Source: Camelus ferus | Taxonomy: Eukaryota | DNA: 64,000 nucleotides | Assembly (NCBI RefSeq): GCF_009834535.1 | Contig: NC_045696.1 | Span: 11,224,001 to 11,288,000, forward strand | Direction: 5' to 3' | Shown: piece by piece, positions 27,901 through 40,258 of the stretch | Layout of the letters: every line of letters starts with the position of its first letter | How positions within the stretch are numbered: the stretch's first letter is position 1 | Translations under genes and position numbers: made by a program | The notes under the pieces: generated by a model | What the model saw: the letters and a program-made list of their open reading frames with translations, nothing else | Told to the model about the DNA's origin: nothing | The model's database searches: none

Positions 27901-28464
27901 CAGCCCTTCTCCATGTTTATGAGGTGGCTGCCTGAAGCAGCCGGGGTATGTGCGTCCTTGTTCATATCCAGGGAACAAAGAGGATATCTCTTCTTTCAAC
28001 TACTGAAAAAAACTCTTGAGATTTACTCTGACTGGATAAAATTCAACAGTTTACGTAAAGGTCTTATCCTGAGTCAATTCCCAGTGCCAGGGGAGCACCA
28101 TGTGATGACTGGCTTAAGCCTGGGGTAGGAGCCATGGCTCCACCAATCACTATGGAAGAGAGGTGGGTTATCCCCATTGGGTTAAACCACTGGGGACCCA
28201 TTCCTGGAACTGGTGGTGATGGTAGCGGAGGTGATGGGGGTTAGACTCAACCTGATCCATATCTCCTAGTTGTATAACTAACAGGATGGGTGGGAAGGGT
28301 TGTTTAGGAAGCATCTACAACCACCCAGTCCAAAGTCATCTTGCTCAAGCATCTCTTTTTGTCCACGTAAAATATGACTTTTTAGGTATCTAAACAGTTT
28401 ATATTCATAATACAAACGTATCTGTGACTATAGGAGGAGTTCATTTTGCATTGGGGATGAGGAT

Positions 28465-28682
28465 TTTTTAGGGCCCCATGAAAATGTCTTAATTTTGAAA
28501 TCAGAAATACAGTGAGCTTTTAGGCAAAAGTAAATATTTTAATATATAACATTTGTATATTTGTCTTAATAGCAATGCCACTGTAAAACAGAATTATTAT
28601 TATTGTTGTTGTTTTTAATGGAGGAACGGGCCTACTAAGGCAAAACTGCTCAGGACCGCTGAAAGTCATCAGGCAGCCTTGC
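28465..28682. mobile_element. MER53-like hAT MITE
   Basis: aatggaggaacgggcctactaaggcaaaactgctcaggacc..aaagtcat resembles the reverse of MER53. Confidence 0.45.
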
Positions 28683-29660
28683 TTTGCATTCCTTCCTCAC
28701 TAGAATATCCCAGCACAGAGTTTAAATGTTACCAGTAGGAACCCAAAGTCTGAGGCAAAGACCTGGATTCAAGGTTTCTACCCAGTTACTTGTACCAGAG
28801 ATGTTGTGCTTGAAAACAAAAGTCTGGGGAGGTCAGGTTTGCTTCCACAAAAGGAAATTCTATGGGAGAAATAAAAACTAAAATATTTGAAGCATTGTCT
28901 CCTAGTTGGAGGCTAATTAACATGGGCCCAGCGTGCTAGAGATAAAGTATCTCCATGCATATTATATCACTTGATCCCCGTTTAACAACCCCAGGTGTAT
29001 TGAATAATTAAACTCAGGGAAGGCAAGTAGCCTTTCCACAGGTTCCTACAGGTTATACCTCTTGGAGGGGTAGGTCAACCCAAGGCTTTTGAGTCCAAAG
29101 CTTTTGCTTTCTGCTAGTGAGTGGCCAGAGGCAGGAAAACTGGAAGTAAATTTTTTGTAAATAGTTTATCTGAGCAAGCAAAGTGGGCACTGACTTAGGG
29201 CACACCCAAAGGGTCCTAACAGCAAGGGACTCCTTTATTCCCAGATACCTTCCCAAGTGTCTTCCCTGGGGATACCTTTCTTCCTAGATACGCTGCCAGG
29301 TTGTCTGTGAGGCAGCTGGTCCCTTCTTTACCAGCCTTTCCCGCCTCAATCTGTGGTGCTTTAAAGTCGGAAGTGGCTTTCTGGGGCAGCTGAGGAAAGC
29401 TGTCCTTACTGCCCAGAAGGGATGCTTGCTCCGTGTAAGGGCTGAATGGCTCCCAGATCCAGGCAGGGGAGGCTCTTACAAGCTTTCCGGCCACACCGCC
29501 GCTGCCTACTCCCGCTTCTCCAGCTTTTCCTTGCAGTGCTAGCCTGAGTGACCTGGGGCCTTCTCCAGAGTCTTGTTCTAGCAAAGGAACGTGTGACAGG
29601 GTGGTTCCCCAACCACCCCTGATTTCTCCAGCTCGAGGAAATCAGGCGGACGAACTAGAG

Positions 29661-29840
29661 CAGTGGCAACCAGAAGTGACCCCGCCGGTACCGACAGCAT
29701 CTGCAGCACCCAGGAGCTTGCTAAGCAAATTCTTGAGCCCGCCCCCGACCTACTGAACCAGAATCTAAAGGTGCGACCCAAAAACCTATGTTTTAATCAG
29801 CTCCCAAGTGACTCGGGCACCTTAAATTTGAGGGGTTGTA
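29661..29840. mobile_element. MER5A-like hAT MITE upstream of the MIS18A promoter
   Basis: gcaaattcttgagcccgcccccgacctactgaaccagaatct...ttttaatcagctcccaagtgactc...taaatttgag resembles the recalled MER5A consensus. Confidence 0.7.
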
Positions 29841-29919
29841 GCATCTCGAGGAGGGACGAAAGCAGGAGTGTGCCCCAACTCCTGTCTCTGGGTGGTGTGT
29901 GGCCGGCGTATTCGCTTTA

Positions 29920-30760
29920 GTAACCACTGTGAAGGTCTCGGTAAGGAGCTGGTGACTTAGTTTGCGGCGCGTAATTTTCTCAAACACGCTTTCCTCCTAT
30001 ACAAGCGACAACTCTCCTCGCCAAATAGCCCGTCAGGCGAACCTCCAGCAGCCTCCATTTCCGTGGGATTAGAAAGCCTGACGCAGGTGCAGTGACTCCC
30101 GGCTCAGGCCCAGTTCCACGGCGAGCATGCGCGCTACCAGGCGGCCCGCGATCAGTCTTCCCTCAGGCCCCGCCCCTCAGGTTTTAGCCCCTTCTCGGCC
30201 TCCGCCGCCGCGCCCTGCCGCGCGCATGCGCAAGGTTTTTTGTTTTTTGTTTTTTTCTTTTTTCCCGCGGCTCTCCGCGGCGCGGGCAATTTGTAGGTAA
30301 TGGCGGGTGCTTGGTTTCCGGGTTGTTGCAAAGGATGCTCCTCTGCTAGCTGTGCATGTGGCGACAAAGGCAAGTGGAGTGACTCCTCGCTGTTAGGCAA
30401 GCGGCTCTCCGAAGACTCGGGCCGCCACCAGCTGCTGCAGAAGTGGGCGAGCATGTGGAGCTCCGTGAGCGGGGACGCGTCGGTGGCCTGCACGGAAAGG
30501 ACGCAGCGCGAGGAGGCTGCGGAGCCAGGCCGAGGAGGAGGACAGGCCGCTGGTGTTTCTGTGCTCCCGCTGCCGGCGGCCTCTGGGCGATTCTCTGAGC
30601 TGGGTGACGAGCCAGGAGGACACCAACTGCATCCTGCTGCGCTGTGAGTTCCGGCCGCGGAAGCCCTAAGCCTTGGGGCCACCTTCTTTCCAGGTGTGCC
30701 GCACCTGGGCGGCCCAGGAGGAGGCGGAGGTGGCTTTCGGGCTGCCCAGGGTCTTTAAAA
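29920..30760 (+). promoter_or_regulatory. MIS18A CpG-island promoter and first exon
   Basis: CpG-dense, GC-rich block. NRF1 palindrome cGCGCATGCGCA (30221-30232), a second NRF1-like GAGCATGCGC near 30123, GC box CCCCGCCCC (30168-30176) and E2F consensus TTTCCCGC (30261-30268). This is typical of a cell-cycle gene promoter. Confidence 0.85.
30300..30643 (+). CDS. MIS18A: MIS18A (Mis18-alpha) coding exon 1, with an apparent +1 frameshift at 30527/30528
   Basis: The ATG frame encodes [51 protein letters not shown]. The conserved continuation [38 protein letters not shown] (first CxxC) is in the +1 frame from 30529. GTGAGT donor at 30644. Confidence 0.93.
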
Positions 30761-33024
30761 GCAGAAAAACCAGAGAGGGTGAACTGTCCCAGATAAAGGG
30801 ATGGAGGGTCACCCCTGCATCTTGGGCTCACGAGTCACAGGTCCTTCTCTGGGGTCCCCCATCCCAGAAAAGCAGCAGAGGAATCAGCATCGTCCTGAGC
30901 ATTAGTTAGGGAACAAAGACCAATTAGGCTGAAGCATTTGGGGTGTAGCGTCTTACTCCTCATAGATATTAGCAGGCTGTTACTCGTTAAATAATATTGT
31001 TAACAGTTTATTTAGGAAATTAAGCTCAGCTACCTGCTTCCTGCAGGGGATGTCAGTGTTGATTACTCAGACCTTATTATCAACGGACGCCTTTACAGTC
31101 TGACGTGTTAAAACCATAGAGTTGACCGAACACAGTGCTATAAAAATTGTTTTTTTTAGAAAGTAGGAAACTTTCAGTGAAAGCTTTCAGTAAATAATCC
31201 CATCAAAATTTGGAGAGGAAGGAGGTTGTTGTAAAAGAGTTAAGGTCGGAGTTCTAGCTTCTAATACTGGCTCCACCAGTTATCTGTAGGTTTTTCCCAG
31301 CGTTCTTTTGCTTTGTTGTTTTCCTAGTATTTATTTAGGGGAATTTTTTTTCAGCGTTGCCACCATTAGAACAGCATGTATGTATTTCGGTTGGGATTTT
31401 TGATACAGTAGGAGAAGTTCTTTATTTTGGTGGGTGAGTTTATGTTACGACTTTTTAAGAAATAATACGTTTGGTGTTAAGTTTTCAGTTTTACCATACT
31501 TACATCTTTATCACATGGGCCCTTTCCTTTGTTTTGTTTTATCTATTAAAATAGGATTCTTTTATCCAGTTGTTCTATACTAGTAGTTTTTAAAATTTAA
31601 GTATTTTATATATTTTATGTATGTATGTGTGTATATATATATATTTTTTTGTCAGCTTTAGAGAAATCAATTTAACACACCCCTTCATCTTTCCTCCCTC
31701 CCAAAGAAAGGTAAAGAAATGAACTTTTAGATTAATTTCTATTCCCGCGACCCCAATTTGAGTTAGTTTAATTATTTTTACTTTGTCAAGATTTATAACA
31801 TTTCTGTAGCCATAGCCTGATCATTTGGCTTAATGTTTCTATGAACTGATTTCTCAACTCCAGGACTTTTATTAATAGGAAAGCTTATTAATAGCTGTCT
31901 CATTCCTGAGTTGTTTATTTGATTAATCGTCATCAGTGGTCTCCTCATCCCCAAGAAAACTTCAAGTTGGAGTGCTTGAAAATGTCATTATATTGTCTTT
32001 GTACATGAATGTCAGCTTGGCTGCATGTTCAGTTCTGGGGTCATGCGCGTTGCTTTTTCCAGGCACGAGGGAGCAGCTAGTGCAAAGGCCTTGAGGCTAG
32101 TGTGGCCGGATAGTAGAATAAAGATAAGATTTAAGGAGAAAGGAAGGGGCCAGAAAATTCAGGACCTTGTAGGCTGTTCTGTAGAATCTATTCTAGTGAA
32201 TGAGGTGTTTAAGCAGGAGGGTGAAATGACCCAGTTTTTTCTTTGGAGGACGCACTGAAGAGGAGAATAAGCGTGGAAGTGGGGAGGTCAGTCAGGAGCT
32301 AGTGCAGTCGTCCGGGCAGGGGAGGTGGGGGTGGTGTGGGGGTGGAGTGAGGGTTGTCAGGTAGTATTGATAGGGCTGATGAGTGGAGTGGATGTAGGGG
32401 AGCAGGGCCAGGGGATGAGGAATCAAGGATGACACCGGGTAGATGGAGGTGGATTTACCCAGTTAAGGTGGACTCTAGGAAGAGGTGACATCAAGAGTCT
32501 GCTCTGGCCGTTTTAGGTCTGATGTCCCTTCTTCATGTCCCTCCACCCCCTCCTCTAATGTATCCTGGACTTGGGTCCCCCGGGGATGTTTCCTGCTTTT
32601 CTAGGGTTCATCTGTGACCCCTGTCCAAGCTGTGGTCTAAAAGATTTGGGGCTGGGTTCCTGAGGACCCTCTCAATTACTTCTAGAAAAATGAGCTCTGT
32701 GTTTGAGATCTAGAGATGTGTATGCAGGCTTTTATCGTCTTCCTTGGTTTTCATCCCAATTTTACTGTCTGGTGAATATTCTTGGTAGTCTGTGGTTTGA
32801 GGTTCTGGTTGTTCCAAGTTTTATTGTCAATTGAATTTCATCCCCTAATTTTATTCATTTGGTTAAGTTCATGGGATGGGAAGGAAATAACTTCTGTTCT
32901 GCCATCTTTTTCCAGAAGACCTGTACATTTAGTTTTAAACCACCCCTGTGTGTATGTGACTTTGGACCCTTATTTTTTTTGGCCTTCTGAGTTCTAAAAT
33001 GAAAATTGAATTAGAAGTTCTCTA

Positions 33025-33201
33025 GGGGTGGGTATAGCTCAAGTGGTAGAGTGTGTGCTTAGCATCCATGAAGTCCTGGCTTCAATCCCCAGTACCTCCA
33101 TTTAAAAGATAATTAAATAAATAAACCTAATCACCTCCCCCATCCCCCCCCCAAAAGGCTTGTAACAATACCAAAAGTAAATAAATAAAATCTGTGTAGA
33201 A
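33025..33201 (+). mobile_element. tRNA-derived SINE (Vic-1-like), long-tail form, in MIS18A intron 1
   Basis: SINE head and tail; 13-bp TSD tagaagttctcta at 33012-33024 and 33202-33214. Confidence 0.9.
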
Positions 33202-33274
33202 TAGAAGTTCTCTAAATGTTTTCATATGTATCACAACAAACCGCATTAGTAAGTAGTTACTTTCTTCTTTCTAG

Positions 33275-33341
33275 CTGTTTCCTGTAACGTTTCTGTGGAT
33301 AAGGAACAGATACTGTCCAAACGTCAAAATGAAAATGGTTG
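33275..33341 (+). CDS. MIS18A: MIS18A coding exon 2
   Basis: Acceptor tttcttctttctag, 67 nt encoding (S)VSCNVSVDKEQILSKRQNENG(C), donor gtgagt. Confidence 0.95.
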
Positions 33342-35421
33342 GTGAGTAAGGCTTTCGGTGTGAATATATATGTTAGAGAAAATGTTTTTGAAATAAAAAT
33401 CTTTAAAAAGATCATTAGCAGTAGGATTTGGGATAAAACTTTTTCATAGTGATCAGTATAAAATCAGTCGTTCTGATATATCAGTTTTTGAGTGGTGGTG
33501 GTCTACTTATAGATGAGATGGAAGGGTTTCTAAATTTCTCAAGGCACATTCTGACACTCCCTTTTTGGATCTTTGGGTTTGGTGCTGAAGAAAATTGAAA
33601 ATAAAAATAGAAGAAGAAAATACCTGCATCATGAAATCTCAGAGCCAAAAGATGGTTCAGACAAATGCTCCCCACCTTCTTCATGTCATGACAATCAAAG
33701 AAAATGCTAATGTGCATTCCCACATGCACACAGACATAGGGCCTTCTGAGGTCAACAGACAAGGCTGCGGAAGGAACAGCGTGGGGCTCCAGCAATCGCA
33801 GGGCCTGTGCTGCCACCCTGAGGCGTGAAGTGTCAGTATCTGGCTCTGCCTCCCACCCACCTGCCGCAAGTGGCGTCCTCAGCGAATGGAATGGGAAGCT
33901 CTGCCTTACAGAATTGCTGCCCATTGTACGTAAATAAGTGGTACACAAGCAATTAAACAGAAATTAATAATCATAAGTATACTTTAAGTGTATTTTAAAA
34001 TATTGGGTTTTCATCTTTAATAATGCTAGAGAGTCCTATTCAAATAAAGTGTATTTTAATTAAAATTACTTTACCTAAGGAGAATTAAATTCATGATAGG
34101 ACAGGTACTATGTGGATGTAATAGCAGTTGTACTGCTGGCGTTCAGGTGATTTGGAAAACCCAGTGCTAGGTCATTTCTCATTTTGTAGCTGAAGAAAGT
34201 GAGGCCTGGGGAGGTTAGAACTCACTAAGGATACAGGACTAATCAGTTAAAAGCTAGGATGATGCTTTGTTATCTCTCTTTGCTTCCTGCAAAGTTTTCT
34301 CTGCTTCCCGACTCTAGTCACCTTGATGTCACCTTTACCATTTTTGCCCTATCTCTGATAGCTGTGCTATCATGTACTTAATATTTTTCATTAAATTGAC
34401 ACAATTTTTAAAAAAAGGAATCTTTATATTACTGTCATAAGGGTATCACTTGCTGTAACCAGAAAGTAACTGTGAAGATAATTACAGTGAAAACAAATGT
34501 TATTAAATTCTAGCTGAGATACTATTCCCTGGCTGGTTCTGAGCCTGAGGTCTGTTCTCTTACTGTTAAAAGATTTGCAGCTGTGAGATACAAGCTAAAG
34601 ACATTCTAGCACCAGACTGAGACTTCTTTTAACAATTAGGATTGATAAAGAATTGAAAAGGGAATTGACTTTCAGTCTTTGGACCAGTGTTACTTAGTCC
34701 TGTTTACTTGTATCCCCTGAACACGTCCTTTATGCCGTGTTCCATTGTCTTGAATTTCACTAGCGTCACAGGTCACTTCGGGAAATACCTTATTGCTTTA
34801 GGATGCTCATGAATTTTTTCATAGAGCTATCCTACTGAATAGCTGCCTGAGCCATTCTGCAGAAGGTCGACAGGAGTACTTGTGGGTTTTGGAATTACAT
34901 TGTAAAGGTAGCAGTGCTCTCTTTCCTCTATTCACCCTGATTCTGTCATTTGCTAATTTTCCTACAAGCTAATTCATTCCTTGTCTAAAATCACCTTATG
35001 ATTTCTGGCACTGCTTTCTCCATAAATGACAAGGGTGAATGCTGGCCAAATATTTGCCAGCTGTGAAAGCAGAAAGATGCTGTGATAACAGAGACTGCCA
35101 TCTCTTCATTGCTTCTCAAGAAGTGAATGGGTTTGCCTGCACTCTTTAGTGGCATCAGTCTGACTTTGATAATTCAGAATAAAAGTCTTATGCATTGATC
35201 AGTCTATTTTGTGTTTTAGTTTTATCTAAGAATCCTTTCTTGTCTGATGACACCCACGTTAGATATCATTTCACAATCTTGGTAATTGTGTATAGTGGCC
35301 TGGTCTCAATCACTAGTTTTGATATGTAGCAAATTTTCCTTTCACTGTTGGTAGTATAGGTAGGATTCCTCTGTGGGGCTTATTAAAATGCTTTTCTATT
35401 TCTTATATAAAAACATAATTG

Positions 35422-35957
35422 ACCTAAACATCCGTCAACAGATGACTGGATAAAGAAATTGTGGTATGGTTTTACAATGGAATACTACTCAGCCATAAAA
35501 AAGAATAACACAACGCCATTTGCACCAACATGGATGGACCTGGAGATCATCATTCTAAGTAAAGCAAGCCAGAAAGAGAAAGAAAAATACCATATGATAT
35601 CACATATATCTGCAATCCCTCCCATCCCCACCAAAAGACACAAATGAACTTATTTATAAAATAGAAACAGACTCACAGGCATAAAAAACAGACTTATGGT
35701 TACCAGGGGAGAAAGGAGATGGGAAGGGATAAATTAGGAGTTCGAGATTTACAGATACTAACTACTATGTATATAATAGATAAACAACAAGTTTATACTG
35801 TATAGCACAGGGAACTATATTCAATATCTTGTAGTAACCTATAATGAAAAAGAATATGAAAAGGAATGTATGTATGTGTATGTATGACTGAAACATTATG
35901 CTGTACACTAGAAATTGATGCAACATTGTAAACTGACTATACTTCAAGAAAAAAAAA
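35422..35957 (+). mobile_element. L1 3' fragment in MIS18A intron 2
   Basis: caacagatgactggataaag...ggaatactactcagccataaaaaagaat...actatacttcaa followed by an A tail. Confidence 0.9.
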
Positions 35958-36587
35958 TAACAGAAGCTTATAAAAGCCCATATAAAGGCTTAATATATGA
36001 TTGTGATATATTATCTAATTATACCATCAATGAGAGCTTATAATATCAGGCAGTGATCCATTTTGTTTTTTGTTCTTTTTTCTGTATGTTGCCACAGCAA
36101 TTAAGACTGTCTCTTAGTATCTAGGCAAACAGTAATGCAATCTATAATATGCTGTTTGAGTCTTGGTTAGCTCCAATTTGCTTGATAGCAGAAATAGCTA
36201 TTTAGTTATTAAAAGTGTCTCACATACCCAAAGGAATTATAATACTTTTGGAATAACAGCTACCTTTTGTGATATATATTGCACTATCATGATCATTACT
36301 AGATTTGAATCTCCAGTTATCAATTTGCTATGTCTTAGAACTGTAACTTTTGTATGGGTATTTCTATTTGGGTCAATTAGACAAGGCATTTGGGAGACAG
36401 AAGATTCTAAGTGCTAAAGAAGACCTGAATTGACATGAGGAAATATTTTCAATTTTGCAGAACCTGAGTTGAGAAATATTGGGAATGAAGGAACAGTGTT
36501 GTGGAGAAATAATGATGGATCAAGTGAAATATTTGTGAATTATCTCTGTGGAACATATTTGTAGTTGATAGAGAAGTATTGGTATCT

Positions 36588-36750
36588 GGGGGGAGGGCAT
36601 AGCTCAGTAGTAGAGTGTGTGCTTAGCACGCATGAGGTCCTGGGTTCAATCCCCAGTACCTCCATTCATCAATCAATCAGTCAATCAATCAATCCCTAAT
36701 TACCTCCTCCTGCAAAATGTAAAATAAAATAAAGGAAAAACTTAAAAAAA
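36588..36750 (+). mobile_element. tRNA-derived SINE (Vic-1-like), long-tail form with (TCAA)n
   Basis: ggggagggcatagctcagtagtagag...gggttcaatccccagtacctcca, then ctaattacctcc and an A-rich end. Confidence 0.88.
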
Positions 36751-37085
36751 ATTAGTATCAAAGAATAATTTTTAAAAAGTCATCTCTAACAAATACGTAA
36801 TGAGCACATGTCAAGGTGTTTTTAACTCCTTAGTGAGGGAACCAGGATATAGCAAAGTTGGTTTAGAGGAGGATACTCTATAGGACACATGTAGTTAATG
36901 TCCTACAGGACAGTAAAACCTCAGCCTTTGGGGTTATCTTTTTTTTTTAATGGAAAACATTTGCATCTGTACCAGGCTAAAATGATTTGTAACTTATCAG
37001 TTTTCTTTCTATAAGTCATCATCTAACTTTAGAGAGTCTGGGCACCAATCAATAGTAGGTAGTAACCAAACAATGTTACCTCCAT

Positions 37086-37314
37086 GGTAGCAAACTATGG
37101 CTCGTGGGCCAGGCACCAGTTTTTTGTGTTTTTTTTGTAAATATATTTTTACTGGAACACAGACTGTCCATTCAGGTCCATTCAGTTGTGTATTACCTGT
37201 GGTGGCTTCTGTGATGCACTGGTGGAGGCAGGTAGTTACGACAGACACCAGCTAGCCTGTGAGCCTAAAATATTTGTTCTCTGGACCATTACAGAGAAAA
37301 TTTGCTTACCCTGG
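37086..37314. mobile_element. MER58A-like hAT MITE
   Basis: gcaaactatggctcgtgggcc...gcctaaaatattt..ctctggaccattacagagaaaatttgc..accctg. Confidence 0.7.
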
Positions 37315-37705
37315 CCCCAGAGTGTTAATGATCCTTGGTGCACAATATAACATTAAAAGGGCATGTAGAATCTTTTTGTCTTATTTCCAGATTGTAGATA
37401 ATTTTTCTTAATACCAGATTGAGGTGCTTACATTCTAGAAAAACACCGCCTTAGTGTACTCCCTTCTTGCCACTTTTGTATATGCCCCTTGTCGCTAGTG
37501 CTTAAGGCAGTGTGGCCTGGAGGTGACTCTGCATTTCCAATGTAAGCATCTTACTGTCACTTTTTCCTTCTTTATATATGTGACTTAGGAGGGTCAGGAT
37601 AACATACTTCAGCAACTTAACCGTTTAGGTGTTTCTGGATCTGAACAGTGGAATCTTGTTGACCAGTTGCTGCTTTGCTGACGCTGTGGCGTTTCTGTGC
37701 TGCAG

Positions 37706-37828
37706 CATTCTGGAGCCTTTGTACTGCGCGGGGTGTTCGCTCAGCCTTGGCTACGTTTACAGATGCACACCCGAGGATCTAGACTACAAGAGGGACTTGT
37801 TTTGCCTCAGTGTTGAAGCCATTGAAAG
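37706..37828 (+). CDS. MIS18A: MIS18A coding exon 3 (second CxxC of the Yippee-like domain)
   Basis: Acceptor gctgcag, 123 nt encoding [40 protein letters not shown](S), donor gtaagt. Confidence 0.96.
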
Positions 37829-39764
37829 GTAAGTTTGCTATATAAGTGAATAGCTCAAAACTGAACTCTCAAAGTTCTTTGCAGAGAAACTGGTATGAAA
37901 ACATTGGAATTAAATCAACACTGGTTACAATTTTTAAGTAGTAATTTCTGACAAAGCCAGTGATTTTTTTTGTTTGTTTGCACCTGATTTATTTGGTATT
38001 GGAAAAGTCTGTCATTCTAAATTGTAGGAGAAAACACTGAGAACATTTTTCAGAGTAAAAATTTGTTCAGTTTTTTTGTAGTAGATATTTATTTTAATAG
38101 GATTTTTAAAAAGCAGCTGTGTGTATCAGTATATTTTGCCCATTTTATTTTTTTCTCTACTTTTTAGCCTCCTAGAATATCATGAAGAAATAGGAGTTTC
38201 AAAAATAGGTCAGGAGAGAAGTCCCTTTGGTGTTCTGGAAAAGTAGACATACACAGTCCAACTATTTCCTTGAAAGTAGTGAAGGATTGTGTGCTTTTTA
38301 TTTTCTTGAGAGATGCAAGGAAGTACCTTCACTTCTCAAGATTTCTGAAAAGTGTTAGGAGACAAGGTGAATCAGGGGCTGATGACAGATGTCTTAATGG
38401 CTATCTAATTATTAGCCTTTTTAAATGGGGAACAAAATTAATCAATTGATCCCAATGTATTTTCACTTATCCTGGAGAAGATATAACTCTTAAGACTTTT
38501 AAGATATCTAAGAAATCAGAAAGAAGAACAATTTAAGAAGAAAAGAAAGTGTCCACACTTGCATTTCTCGAGGTATTTTTGTCACTCCTGTTGAATTTCT
38601 TAGTTTTTTTCTTCAAAAAATTTAAAACAGTATTTTTATTACATTATAATTTCTCATTTAATTATTCTTTGATAACTGCAGTTTTGCCACCTTCTTTGAA
38701 AGTAGATAGGTTTAGATCAAAATTATAAAATCTTCAAACTTTTTACCGTCCTTACACAAAAGAATAATACAGCAAGTACTGCTCATTATTGTAAAGCATG
38801 TAGGCTTGCCTGGAGAGAGGTCACATCTGTCTTGTTTTTTTAATATTTAAATGGAAGACCCAGGCCCAAACAAATCTTGTTTCCTTTAATCTCCATGAGA
38901 ACTTTACCCGGATTTGTGAAAATGAAGTGAGTGAGAGTACAAGTATGAAAGACACGGACTCTCAGTCCAGCAGGGTTGGTACAAAACTTCGAAAAGTGAT
39001 GCAGGTGTGTGTAAAAGAAAACGTGTGGGAGGTTCTCCCACAGGGGGTCATAGTATTGAAGCAGTTTTTTCCTGAACAGTTGAATTTAAGGTAGTTACCT
39101 CTTGGGGCAGAATTTTAATGTCAAGGAACCTGGTTTGTGGTAGAAGTGCATGCTGTCTGTAATGTTTATTTGCAACTTTATAAATTGCTCATTGCCATTT
39201 CATTTTTTCCCCTCATCTCATTTTTTTTCAGAATAGGATGTTAATTGCCTTCCGTAATTTTGCTTCCCATGCCATTTTTCAGAAATAGGGTTTACAAGAG
39301 AAGATCGTTCTTATTTGACAAAAGAAGTGACACACTGGAATTGTCACATGTGATGAAAGACTACTAAAGAAATGCAAATGAATCAAGTTTTCTTTTGAGA
39401 AATACTAGCACTTTCCTCCTTGCTGTTTAGATTTATTTGGTTACCGAAGCTGGGCCTATTTTCCTCCCGTTGCCAGGCCAGTTTTTCTGCTCGTGTGGCA
39501 TTTTCTAAATCACAGCATCTCATCATCCCAGAGAGGGAAGCCAAACATAACTTACAAGTGTTGCAGTTGCCCAAATCTGGGAAATCAGGAGTTGATGCCA
39601 CAAATTATTTACTGAAAGTCAAATTTGAAAATGCACATGTTCCTGAAAAGTTACATAAAGCAAAACAGCAGTGGCTTCTTAAGGATCTTTTTAAACTGTA
39701 AAATAGAATTTTGAACTGTAAGTGTTAATGTTTTGCCTCCCATGGAGGGGGCGCCTGTATGATT

Positions 39765-39873
39765 GGGGGAGGGGGAAATAGCTCGGTGGTAGAGCTCATG
39801 CTTAGCATGCACGAGGTCCTGGGTTTAACCCCAGTACCTCCGTTTACAAAACACACACACACACACACACACA
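39765..39873 (+). mobile_element. tRNA-derived SINE (Vic-1-like), short form with a (CA)n tail
   Basis: SINE head followed by (AC)n; degenerate TSD gcctgtatg / gccttgtatg. Confidence 0.85.
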
Positions 39874-40161
39874 GCCTTGTATGTTTTGCCGCCCAGCTTA
39901 CTAAAGAGCAAGTTTATTCCCAATAATGAAATACTTACGATACTGGGAACTATGTGGGGCTGTCTGGACAAAGCTGTTACAGAGAAAAGCATGCTTTCCT
40001 GTGGTATAACTTTCTATGTAGGTTGCTATGAACAAAAGTAGTTGTTTCATGTGTTTACTTGGTACTAACATATAGTTTAATACATTTTGAGTTTTAATAT
40101 TACATAAATTTTATATTTACTCCCATTTCATCTTTTAACTTTGTGTTGTACTATACTTTAG

Positions 40162-40258
40162 TTATGTTTTAGGGTCCTCTGAAAAGCAAATTGTGTCAGA
40201 AGATAAAGAGCTTTTTAATCTTGAAAGCAGAGTTGAAATAGAAAAATCTCTAAAGCAG
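40162..40258 (+). CDS. MIS18A: MIS18A coding exon 4
   Basis: Acceptor ctttag, 97 nt encoding [32 protein letters not shown], donor gtaatt. Confidence 0.95.

Noticed and set aside
30152..30831. Long antisense ORFs (176 and 161 aa) over MIS18A exon 1
   Set aside because: Expected in stop-poor GC-rich CpG-island DNA; no recognisable protein.
39739..39756. CTCF-like motif catggagggggcgcc (and gcaggagagggcag near 6935)
   Set aside because: Only partial matches by eye; cannot be supported without a PWM scan or ChIP data.
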